The notes under the pieces: model-generated | Seen by the model: only the letters and a program-made list of their open reading frames with translations | What the model was told of the DNA's origin: nothing | Database searches by the model: none | NCBI GenBank assembly: GCA_947303625.1 | Contig: CAMYYV010000001.1 | Location: forward strand, 10,507 to 74,506 | DNA from: an uncultured Bacteroidales bacterium | GTDB taxonomy: Bacteria > Bacteroidota > Bacteroidia > Bacteroidales > F082 | Direction of reading: 5' to 3' | Length of the DNA: 64,000 nt | Made by a program: the position numbers and the translations under genes | Shown here: positions 18,495 to 26,760 of the stretch, piece by piece | Layout of the letters: each line of letters begins with the position of its first letter | Numbering within the stretch: position 1 is the stretch's first letter

Positions 18495-20318
18495 ATGGAA
18501 AAGGAAAAAAACAAAAAGAAGGTGGTTCAGCCTTATGCCGACATACCGCCTCGTACTTTCGACCTCCTGCCGAGGTTTGTGGAGAAATATGGCAAGAAGA
18601 AAACCATGTTTGCTTGCAAAGTCGACGGAGAGTGGAAGAAATATATCAGCCGCGACTTCGTGAAGATGACCGACACCATCAGCCAAGGATTGATTGGTTT
18701 GGGTGTGGGCAAGGGCGACCGAGTGGCGGTCATCTCAAACAACTGCCCGCAGTGGAACATGGTTGATTTTGCCGTGCAACAGGTAGGTGCCATCTTGGTG
18801 CCTATCTATCCTACAGTGCGCCAGAGCGACTTCGAGCATATCCTCAACCATGCCGACCCTAAGATCGTCTTCGTGGAAGGCTCGCTTTTGCACAATAAAG
18901 TCAAGGGTATTCTCGACGCCATGCCAGTGCGTCCCAAAGAATTCGCCTTCAACCCCGTGGAGGGCATGATGACCTTGCGCGGTCTGATGGTCTCGGTGAA
19001 GATCGACAAGAAGAGCCTTGCCAACTTGCAGGCACATAAAGACGCTGTCAAGCCTGAGGATGTGGCTACCATCATCTATACTTCTGGCACCCTTGGCACG
19101 CCCAAAGGCGTAATGCTGACACATTACAACCTGATGAGCTGTGTGGCGCACTATGGGCCGCACTACCCCGTGCCGAGTTCGCATAAAGTGGTGAGTTTCC
19201 TGCCGCTATCGCACATCTATGAGCGTTCGGTGTTGTTCACACACCTCTTTCTTGGCAATTCGACTTATTATGTGGAAAACTTCGGCACTATCATGCGCGA
19301 TATCGCCGACATCAAGCCGGAGCATTTCACCACTGTGCCGCGTGTCATCGAGAAAGTGTACAATGGCATCGTTCGCAAGGGCGATAAGTTGAAAGGCATG
19401 AAGAAACGCATCTTCCTGTGGGCATTCAAGTTGGCCGAGCGTTACGACGAGACTGAAAAGAAAATCAACCGAGCCTATCGCTTTAAACTAAAATGGGCTA
19501 ACAGGCTGGTCTTTAAGGACGTGAGGAAGGCCTTCGGCGGTCGTTTGGAGTTTATCATCTCGGGTGGCGCTAGTTTACAGCCGCGCCTAGTGCGTCTCTT
19601 TGCCGCCATGAATATCCCTATTATTGAAGGCTACGGCCTGACGGAGACTTCGCCTGTGATTGCCACCAACAGCCTTGCTTTGGGCATCATCAAGGCAGGA
19701 ACCGTGGGAGTGCCTTGTAGCAGCGTACAGTTCAAGATTGACCCCGAGTCGGGAGAAATCCTTGTGAAGGGCTCAGCCGTGATGAAAGGCTACTACAAAG
19801 ACGAGGAGCAGACCAAGATTGCCATCGACGAGGAGGGCTATTTCCATACAGGAGACATCGGCGAGTTCGATGAAGACGGCCTGCTGAAGATTACGGGCCG
19901 CAAGAAGGAAATCTTCAAGGACTCGATGGGCAAGTACATCTCACCTGCCTTGATTGAGAACCGTTTCATGGAGTCGCCATTCATCAGTAGCATGATGGTG
20001 GTGGGTGAGAACCAGAAGTTTGCCGCTGCTCTCATCGTGCCTAATTTCGAGCATCTGAAGGTGTGGTGCGAAGAGAACCACATCCCGTACACCACCAATG
20101 CTGAGATGATCAAGGTGAAGGCTGTCAACGAGCGCTATCGCAAGGAGGTGGACACCTACAACAAGTTCTTTGGCGACTTTGAGAAAGTGAAGCGTTTCGA
20201 GCTTTTGGACCACGAATGGACCATCGAAGACGGTGAGATGACGCCGAGCCTCAAGATCCGCCGCAAAGCCATTGCTGAGCACTACAAAGACTTGATTGAC
20301 GGCATGTTTGCCGAATAA
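18495..20318 (+). CDS. Long-chain fatty acid-CoA ligase (AMP-forming adenylating enzyme)
   Basis: AMP-binding motif IIYTSGTLGTPKGVMLTH, plus GYGLTETS, GDIGEFDEDGLLKITGRKKE and SLKIRRK. The ATG at 18495 is preferred over the GTG at 18489. Confidence 0.9.
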   Translation: MEKEKNKKKVVQPYADIPPRTFDLLPRFVEKYGKKKTMFACKVDGEWKKYISRDFVKMTDTISQGLIGLGVGKGDRVAVISNNCPQWNMVDFAVQQVGAILVPIYPTVRQSDFEHILNHADPKIVFVEGSLLHNKVKGILDAMPVRPKEFAFNPVEGMMTLRGLMVSVKIDKKSLANLQAHKDAVKPEDVATIIYTSGTLGTPKGVMLTHYNLMSCVAHYGPHYPVPSSHKVVSFLPLSHIYERSVLFTHLFLGNSTYYVENFGTIMRDIADIKPEHFTTVPRVIEKVYNGIVRKGDKLKGMKKRIFLWAFKLAERYDETEKKINRAYRFKLKWANRLVFKDVRKAFGGRLEFIISGGASLQPRLVRLFAAMNIPIIEGYGLTETSPVIATNSLALGIIKAGTVGVPCSSVQFKIDPESGEILVKGSAVMKGYYKDEEQTKIAIDEEGYFHTGDIGEFDEDGLLKITGRKKEIFKDSMGKYISPALIENRFMESPFISSMMVVGENQKFAAALIVPNFEHLKVWCEENHIPYTTNAEMIKVKAVNERYRKEVDTYNKFFGDFEKVKRFELLDHEWTIEDGEMTPSLKIRRKAIAEHYKDLIDGMFAE

Positions 20319-20336
20319 GGTTTCTGCCGAACACGA

Positions 20337-21110
20337 ATGAAAAGTTTGCATTACATCATCGCCGCGCTGTTGGTTCTTTTTCAGGTTTCATGTGCCAGTG
20401 TCAAGAGCCTTGAAGCGGCGCCGGATGGGCCTGTCGAGATACCAAGGATCATGGACGGTCGTCTTAGCCAGGTCATCTTTCACAAGGGCTATGCCGTTTC
20501 GTTCAACACCGATACAAAGCTGCCCAATTGGGTGGCTTACGAGCTCACCAATGTGGAAGCTCAAGGCACTGGCAAACGTGACGGTCGTTTCTATCCCGAC
20601 CCTGACGTTGAGGGAGTTCAGGCGACTTACGACGACTATCGCAGCACGGGGTGGGACAAAGGCCATATCGCTCCGGCAGGTGACATGAAATGGGATCCTC
20701 AGGCGATGTATGAGAGTTGCTATTTCACCAATATCTGTCCACAAAATCATAACCTGAATGGTGGCGTATGGAGGTCGTTGGAAGAGAAATGCCGCGATTA
20801 TGCCTGTCGTTATGAGAATGTATATATCGCCGCCGGACCCATTGTGGGCGAGGCACGCAATGGCACGATCGGTTACAACGAGGTGGTAGTCCCCGATGGA
20901 TTTTATAAGGTGCTACTCGTTTGCATCGACGGCCAATACGAAGGCATAGGATTCTATTTCGAAAACGTCGCAGGCCATAAGCCTTTGCCGAGCTATGCCA
21001 TGACCATCGACGAGATTGAGGCCATGACGGGCATCGATTTCTTCTTCGCGCTTCCCGACAAGATCGAAGACGAGGTGGAGGGCAGAATAAATGAAGAGAT
21101 TTGGTTTTAA
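20337..21110 (+). CDS. Secreted DNA/RNA non-specific endonuclease (NucA/EndoG beta-beta-alpha-Me family)
   Basis: 257 aa with a signal or lipoprotein N-terminus (LLVLFQVSCAS). GWDKGHIAPAGD corresponds to the DRGH active-site motif, and NICPQNHNLNGGVW to the downstream Asn motif. Confidence 0.85.
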   Translation: MKSLHYIIAALLVLFQVSCASVKSLEAAPDGPVEIPRIMDGRLSQVIFHKGYAVSFNTDTKLPNWVAYELTNVEAQGTGKRDGRFYPDPDVEGVQATYDDYRSTGWDKGHIAPAGDMKWDPQAMYESCYFTNICPQNHNLNGGVWRSLEEKCRDYACRYENVYIAAGPIVGEARNGTIGYNEVVVPDGFYKVLLVCIDGQYEGIGFYFENVAGHKPLPSYAMTIDEIEAMTGIDFFFALPDKIEDEVEGRINEEIWF

Positions 21111-21134
21111 CTTGCTTTGGTGAAAAGTTTTTTA

Positions 21135-21142
21135 TATCTTTG
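21135..21142 (+). promoter_or_regulatory. -7 box TATCTTTG ahead of the TerY-P operon
   Basis: TAnnTTTG match 24 nt upstream of the 21166 ATG. Confidence 0.4.
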
Positions 21143-21165
21143 CAGGCACGAACTAATAACATAAT

Positions 21166-22437
21166 ATGAGCGAATTGCAATCTGGTGAGAAGATAAGCCT
21201 GCTCAACGGCGGCTACGTCACCATCAAGAAAGAGTTGGGTCGAGGAGGCCAGGGCATCGTCTATCTGGTGGACCTCAACGGCCAACCCAAGGCATTGAAG
21301 TGGTATCACAATATGCCTGACCGAAACTTCTACAATAATTTGGCTAACAACGTGATGAACGGCGCCCCAAGCCCGGCTTTCCTTTGGCCTGAGCGTATCA
21401 CCGAGCGTCAAAAGGACAGTTTCGGCTATGTGATGGCTCTGCGCCCGAATAACTACTTTGAATTCGGCAACTATCTCTTAGCGAAGAAGAGCTTCAAGTC
21501 GTTTCAGGCCATGATGGCAGCGGCCATGAAGATCTGCAACGGCTTCATGATGCTGCACCGCTTCGGCTACAGTTACCAGGACCTTAACGATGGAAACTTC
21601 TTCATCGATCCTGACACGGGCGACGTGATGATTTGCGACAACGACAACGTGATGCCGCAAGGGGAGAAGTCGGGCATCATGGGTAAGGCGCGTTATATGG
21701 CCCCCGAGATTGTGGCGGGCGGCATCCCCGACAAGTACAGCGACCGCTTCTCGTTGTCGGTCATACTATTCATGCTTTTCTATGCCAACCATCCGTTTGA
21801 AGGTGCCAAGGTGGTGGCTTGTCCCTGCATGACCGAGGCCTTCGAGAAGAAGTTCTACGGCAGCGAGGCGGTGTTTATCTACGACCCTAACGACAAGAGC
21901 AACCTGCCCGTGCGTGGCATCCACCAGAATGTGATACGCCGCTGGCCGGTGATGCCTGCCGAGTTGCGCGAGACCTTCATCCGCGAGTTCAACCCCGAAA
22001 TGCTGAAGAACCCGCAGAAGCGCATGATTGAGCAGAACTGGGAGAAGTTGATTGCCTCGTTGCGCGACAGATTGGTGATTTGTCCGCATTGTGGAGAGGA
22101 GACTTTCATTGACGAGTCGAAGCCGCAATGTATGAACTGCAAACGCGACGTGGATGTCAGCCGTACGCTGAAACTGGGGATGCGCACCCTGCTGTTGACC
22201 AACGGTACCCGCCTGTTCATCGACTTCGACAACACCCCTGATGCTCGTGTTGTGGCCAATCCGCAGGACCCGGGCATGCTTTTGTTACAAAACTTCTCGA
22301 AAGAGAAATGGACGGCTGAGACGCCAAGCGGCAAGTTAAAAGAGGTTGAACCCAACGGTTTGATGCCCGTCAAACACGGCATTAAGATTTCGTTTAGTGC
22401 TGTCTATAAAGGAGAGATCAATATCAATAATCAATAA
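21166..22437 (+). CDS. Ser/Thr protein kinase of a TerY-P triad, with a C-terminal zinc ribbon and beta-rich tail
   Basis: 423 aa. Gly loop LGRGGQGIVY, beta3 Lys ALKWY, catalytic loop YQDLNDGN, DND in place of DFG, and MAPE. The zinc ribbon is CPHCGEE..CMNCKRD. Confidence 0.85.
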   Translation: MSELQSGEKISLLNGGYVTIKKELGRGGQGIVYLVDLNGQPKALKWYHNMPDRNFYNNLANNVMNGAPSPAFLWPERITERQKDSFGYVMALRPNNYFEFGNYLLAKKSFKSFQAMMAAAMKICNGFMMLHRFGYSYQDLNDGNFFIDPDTGDVMICDNDNVMPQGEKSGIMGKARYMAPEIVAGGIPDKYSDRFSLSVILFMLFYANHPFEGAKVVACPCMTEAFEKKFYGSEAVFIYDPNDKSNLPVRGIHQNVIRRWPVMPAELRETFIREFNPEMLKNPQKRMIEQNWEKLIASLRDRLVICPHCGEETFIDESKPQCMNCKRDVDVSRTLKLGMRTLLLTNGTRLFIDFDNTPDARVVANPQDPGMLLLQNFSKEKWTAETPSGKLKEVEPNGLMPVKHGIKISFSAVYKGEININNQ

Positions 22438-22449
22438 AACTACATCATT

Positions 22450-23193
22450 ATGTCATTATTAGATGAAACTGTAAGCGTGCCGCGCAGAACCATGACGCTT
22501 TTCTTTGTGATCGATACTTCAGGCAGTATGGCTGGAAGCAAGATAGGTGCCGTCAACGACGCGGTGGTCAATGTGTTGCCCATGCTCGACGAGATCTCCG
22601 TCACCAATCCCGATGCCGAAATCAAAGTGGCAGCATTAGAGTTCTCGACGGGTTGCAGCTGGCTTTATAACGAGCCGAAACTGGCCAGCGAGTTTGTTTG
22701 GCAGGACGTGCAGGCCAGCGGTCTCACCTCGTTGGGTGCTGCTTGTGAGGAACTGGAAAACAAGCTGTCACGCAGTAAGGGCTTTATGCAGTCAGCCAGC
22801 GGCTCGTTTGCTCCGGCCATCATATTGCTGTCGGACGGCGCCCCTACCGATAATTTCGAGGCGGGTCTTGACAAGCTGAAGTGCAACAACTGGTTCAAGT
22901 CGGCCATCAAGGTGGCCATCGCCATCGGTGACGATGCCGACAAGGATGTCTTGTCTAGGTTCACAGGCACCAACGAAGCCGTGTTTACCGTCCACAACAT
23001 CGATGCATTAAAACAGATCATCCGTGTGGTGGCCGTCACCTCGTCGCAGATCGGCAGCAAGAGCAGCACGGCTGGCGAAACCACCAAGCAGGACCAAGTG
23101 ATCAACGAGGTGCAGAACGCCATCGACAATATCGACGGTGCCGAAGTCGCGACGAAGGTCGACAGCAGCTCCTATACCGACGATTGGGATTAA
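22450..23193 (+). CDS. vWA-domain protein, TerY-like
   Basis: 247 aa. MIDAS motif FVIDTSGSMAG, later LLSDGAPTD and IAIGDDAD. Size and context match TerY. Confidence 0.88.
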   Translation: MSLLDETVSVPRRTMTLFFVIDTSGSMAGSKIGAVNDAVVNVLPMLDEISVTNPDAEIKVAALEFSTGCSWLYNEPKLASEFVWQDVQASGLTSLGAACEELENKLSRSKGFMQSASGSFAPAIILLSDGAPTDNFEAGLDKLKCNNWFKSAIKVAIAIGDDADKDVLSRFTGTNEAVFTVHNIDALKQIIRVVAVTSSQIGSKSSTAGETTKQDQVINEVQNAIDNIDGAEVATKVDSSSYTDDWD

Positions 23194-23204
23194 GCCTCGA
23201 TTCC

Positions 23205-24464
23205 ATGAAGTGCTTTGATTTTCATTGCCAAGGCGAGAGCCATAAGGCAACCGACAAGGTGTGCCAGGACTTTTCCTACAGTCATATCGATGAGGATGGT
23301 CTTGCCATTGCCATTGTGTGTGACGGACATGGAGGGAAACGGTATTTCCGTAGCGATGTGGGAGCACGTTTTGCCACGGAGATTATCGCCAATAATGTCA
23401 AAGAGTTTGTCAACAACATTGACGAGACATTGCTTGTTGGTCAGCCTTTCACCCAACAAGCGGCGATTCAAACCGAGATTGCTCGGCAGGACTTCCGTAA
23501 GGAAAGACCTGTCGATAAGGCGTTCCGACAGCTGTTTGCCTCCATTATCGGGCAATGGCAGCAGCGGATTGAGCGACATGCAGCCGAAAATCCCCTGAAT
23601 GAGAAAGAAAACGCACAAGTGGAAGAGCAATACCGTAAGGAGTTCCTGTCGGGTTACAAGCTGGAAAAGATCTATGGTTGCACCTTGATGGCATACGTCA
23701 GTACGCCGAAGTATTGGTTCGCCTTCCATCTCGGCGATGGCAAGATGATCTCGTTCGACAAGGAAGCACAGTGGAAGGAGCCCGTGCTGTGGGACGACCG
23801 GTGCTTCCTCAACAAGACCACCTCGATTTGCGACTCTGAGGCTTTGAATGAGTTCCGCTACACCTACCAAGGAGACGGAGAGTTTCCCATTGCCGTTTTC
23901 CTTGGCTCCGATGGTATGGATGACTCGTTTGGCGAGGAAGCCAATCTGGTGAACTTCTATGTGAAAGTGGCAAAATCGTTGGTTACTGACGGCTTTGATG
24001 CCACCTTTACGGACATTAAAGAAACATTGCCGGTGTTGAGCAAGCGTGGCAGCCAGGACGATATGTCGGTGGCCTGTGTGTACGACGAGGCGCGGCTGGA
24101 GGAGGCATTGCCTAAGTTCATTCTTTGGCAGATTGCTGTTACCAAAGCCGACATCCTTGCTGTCAACCGAAAGATCGAGGATGCCAAAGACAGGCGTCGT
24201 CGCTTGGAGGCGATGGGCGGCCATGCCGAGAAGGAACAGATAGAGCTGCGCTACGCCCAAAGCGATATCGCTCGAGGCTACGCTGAGAAGCAGCAGCTAG
24301 TCAAGAAGATGGATATCCTGCTGAAAGAATACTATGGTGATGCTTTTGTGCCTTATCAGGATGAAGTGGGCATAGCAGAAAAGGAGCGTGTTCTTGATTG
24401 GAAGATGATAGAAGGAAGCTCGAATGGAATTAGATTGGTATTGGTTTGGGTAGAGAAAGAATAA
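23205..24464 (+). CDS. PP2C-family Ser/Thr phosphatase of the TerY-P triad, with a coiled-coil C-terminal extension
   Basis: Start taken at MKCFDF (ATG 23205). Motifs VCDGHGGKRYF, HLGDGKM, LGSDGMDDSF and GSQDDMSVACV. Confidence 0.85.
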   Translation: MKCFDFHCQGESHKATDKVCQDFSYSHIDEDGLAIAIVCDGHGGKRYFRSDVGARFATEIIANNVKEFVNNIDETLLVGQPFTQQAAIQTEIARQDFRKERPVDKAFRQLFASIIGQWQQRIERHAAENPLNEKENAQVEEQYRKEFLSGYKLEKIYGCTLMAYVSTPKYWFAFHLGDGKMISFDKEAQWKEPVLWDDRCFLNKTTSICDSEALNEFRYTYQGDGEFPIAVFLGSDGMDDSFGEEANLVNFYVKVAKSLVTDGFDATFTDIKETLPVLSKRGSQDDMSVACVYDEARLEEALPKFILWQIAVTKADILAVNRKIEDAKDRRRRLEAMGGHAEKEQIELRYAQSDIARGYAEKQQLVKKMDILLKEYYGDAFVPYQDEVGIAEKERVLDWKMIEGSSNGIRLVLVWVEKE

Positions 24465-24490
24465 AGCAAAACAGATACACAGTTGGAAAA

Positions 24491-25213
24491 ATGGAATTGC
24501 ACAAAGCTATTAGAAACATTGTTGAAACGGACGGAAAAGAGATTGTGAAAGACGTTCGTTTGGTCAATATTTTGAGTGACTTCCGAGCATTTGATGCAAT
24601 ACCCGCTTCGAAGTACATCTTGAGAGCTGTCATTGCCGATGGCTATGCGCAAAAAATGCTTGCTATTGGTGCGTGGAACTCGCAAAGTGAGAATCTTTGT
24701 AGTCAGTTTGTTGCTACGACTGGTTTTCAAAGTGATTATGCTTATATGGTTTTCCAGAGTTTGGCGTATGGATTAGGGTGGATAAATCAATTGACACAAC
24801 CTAATTCGAGTTATACTCAAAACCAACAACCAGTGCAAGGTGCACCTTCTTCAATACCTATAAAGAAATTGACAACGAAGGAACAACGAGAGGCGCATCT
24901 TCTCAGTAAAGTCGAGTTTCTGAATGATATTAAACAAGAATGTGGCTTAGAAATAACTAATATGTCATTTGAAATGTATAATAATGATGACAGAAGTTTT
25001 TATTTCAATTTTGAAGTTAGAGGTAAAATAATGAGTGATGATGCTGATATTTACATTGCTTTCTATGATAAACAGAATAAGATTAGGCGAAAGGAAGATT
25101 TATGGGTGGTTTATAAAGATGGTACTTATCATGGACTTTCAATTGAGTCGACTTTTTTTGAATTGCCAATGTCAGTTGATAATATTGGCCGTATATGTAT
25201 TTTTCTCCAATAA
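24491..25213 (+). CDS. Hypothetical protein (240 aa) in an AT-rich insert
   Basis: ORF from ATG 24491 (MELHKAIRNIV...). I recognise no motif. Its composition is visibly AT-richer than the flanking genes. Confidence 0.65.
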   Translation: MELHKAIRNIVETDGKEIVKDVRLVNILSDFRAFDAIPASKYILRAVIADGYAQKMLAIGAWNSQSENLCSQFVATTGFQSDYAYMVFQSLAYGLGWINQLTQPNSSYTQNQQPVQGAPSSIPIKKLTTKEQREAHLLSKVEFLNDIKQECGLEITNMSFEMYNNDDRSFYFNFEVRGKIMSDDADIYIAFYDKQNKIRRKEDLWVVYKDGTYHGLSIESTFFELPMSVDNIGRICIFLQ

Positions 25214-25220
25214 AACGATT

Positions 25221-25313
25221 ATGCGAAAACTATTCAAAGAAGCATTCGTAACAATGGGGAGAGTTGGTAGCCGAAAACAAGGTCGCTGTGAGGTTGTCAT
25301 CAAGAACTATTAA
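25221..25313 (+). pseudogene. Decayed duplicate of the 5' end of the TerY-C gene
   Basis: atgcgaaaactattcaaagaagcattcgtaacaatgggg at 25221 parallels atgagaaaactatcaaaagaagcatttgtgacgatgggc at 25325. The peptides are MRKLFKEAFVTMG and MRKLSKEAFVTMG. The copy then diverges and stops after 30 codons. Confidence 0.45.
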
Positions 25314-25324
25314 AAACGAGTAAT

Positions 25325-25693
25325 ATGAGAAAACTATCAAAAGAAGCATTTGTGACGATGGGCGTCTGCTCCAAGTGCAAGAAGCCTTTCGGGATCACAG
25401 TCGACCTGGCTGATGAACGGCGCAACGAATACGTGTTCGTCTGGGCGTTCAAGATCAATGCAGAGCAGGCACACCGTGAGGGCTACGACAGCAAGACGGT
25501 CCACGGGGGCATCAGCTACGATCCCGAATACCCAGGCTGTCCCTACTGCGAGGAGCAGGCTTTTTACATCTGTGGAAAATGCGGTAGCATCGTCTGTTGG
25601 CATGGCGATCGTGAGGTTACCTGCCCTAAGTGTGGCAACCGTGGTGTGGTCGAAGAGGCCTCGTCGTTCGATATCAGGGGAGGAGGCTACTAA
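25325..25693 (+). CDS. Stand-alone TerY-C-like metal-binding (multi-CxxC) protein
   Basis: 122 aa with CSKCKK, CPYCEE, CGKCGS and CPKCGN motifs. The TerY-C metal-binding domain is described as a partner of TerY-P triads. Confidence 0.7.
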   Translation: MRKLSKEAFVTMGVCSKCKKPFGITVDLADERRNEYVFVWAFKINAEQAHREGYDSKTVHGGISYDPEYPGCPYCEEQAFYICGKCGSIVCWHGDREVTCPKCGNRGVVEEASSFDIRGGGY

Positions 25694-25696
25694 GAC

Positions 25697-26566
25697 ATGG
25701 GCCAGACCTCACATCCTCAGGCGGAAACCTACTGTGAGCAGGGTAAGAAACTGCTGGAGCAGGGTAAATACCTTGCGGCATTGGAGTATTTCCAGGCTGC
25801 CGTGGAGCTTGATGCCGAGCACGTAGATGCACTCTATGGTCAGGTGTGCGTCTACAGGGCATTGGGTAAACTCGACAAGGAGGCAGAGTTTCAAAGGCGC
25901 ATGGATGCCGTCATCCAAAAGAAACCCTCCGGCAGTCATTGGGATCTGTCGTCGATGGGCCAACTTGAAAAGGCCAGAAAACGCTATTCGGTTTTGCTGA
26001 AACAACTGATAACGGTAAAGACGGATGAGTATGGGTTGAAGTGCGGTGTTTATTCGCCGGACGCCTGCAAAGAATTGGCGTCATGTGAGGCATTGATCGA
26101 GTCGCTGGAACAGCAGCTGAAGCTCAATCGCACCGATTTCAAGAGGAAGAGGGCAGAAGCCCTGTCACGTATTTCCTCGGGCCCGAAGGATATCAAGAGG
26201 GCCTACAGGAAAGCGAAGCGGAAGTATGCCCGACTGATAAGGCATAACCTTGTGAGGGTGAAGGGTCCGGTAAGGGCTTTCGAGGTGTCGTCGTCAATCT
26301 GGAATCGCGAGAAGGCCATCAGGTCGATGATTGAGGCTTTGGATCCTGTGAACGGCAAGTCTTGGTGCAGCCGCAAGGTCTCCACTTTGATACAGAGACG
26401 GACGAATCTTCCTCGTAGGCTGTTGAAAGCATTGAAAATCACTGGCATAGTGGCAGCTGTCGGCGTTGGCATTTTGCTTGTCTATCTCGTGATAAGGTTC
26501 TTTTGGTACATCATCATAGGCGGAGCGATATTGCTGGCGATTATTGGAGTTTTCAAAGGCGACTGA
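25697..26566 (+). CDS. TPR-repeat protein with a C-terminal membrane anchor
   Basis: 289 aa. TPR-like helices (YCEQGKKLLEQGKYLAALEYFQAAVELDAEHVDALYGQ) and two C-terminal TM segments (ITGIVAAVGVGILLVYLVI, IIIGGAILLAIIGVF). It starts 3 nt after the TerY-C stop. Confidence 0.8.
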   Translation: MGQTSHPQAETYCEQGKKLLEQGKYLAALEYFQAAVELDAEHVDALYGQVCVYRALGKLDKEAEFQRRMDAVIQKKPSGSHWDLSSMGQLEKARKRYSVLLKQLITVKTDEYGLKCGVYSPDACKELASCEALIESLEQQLKLNRTDFKRKRAEALSRISSGPKDIKRAYRKAKRKYARLIRHNLVRVKGPVRAFEVSSSIWNREKAIRSMIEALDPVNGKSWCSRKVSTLIQRRTNLPRRLLKALKITGIVAAVGVGILLVYLVIRFFWYIIIGGAILLAIIGVFKGD

Positions 26567-26607
26567 CAAGGCGGAGCAGTCAGAATCGTGTTTTTTTCGA
26601 AAGAATT

Positions 26608-26640
26608 GCCCCTAAACAAAACTAAGGGGCTTTTTTTGTT
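26608..26640 (+). terminator. Rho-independent terminator
   Basis: GCCCCT-aaacaaaacta-AGGGGC followed by TTTTTTTGTTTTTTC. It lies 42 nt after the TPR gene stop. Confidence 0.6.
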
Positions 26641-26681
26641 TTTTCTTTTTTTGAAAAGTGGATTTTGGTTTATTTTTTGCG

Positions 26682-26689
26682 TATCTTTG
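26682..26689 (+). promoter_or_regulatory. -7 box TATCTTTG ahead of the giant helicase gene
   Basis: TAnnTTTG match 72 nt upstream of the 26761 ATG. The leader contains an AACCGAA..TTCGGTT hairpin. Confidence 0.4.
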
Positions 26690-26760
26690 CAATTCTTAAC
26701 CGAACAAGGCCATTTTGTCTATGATTTCGGTTCGTTATAACCAACTAAATCAACATATCT

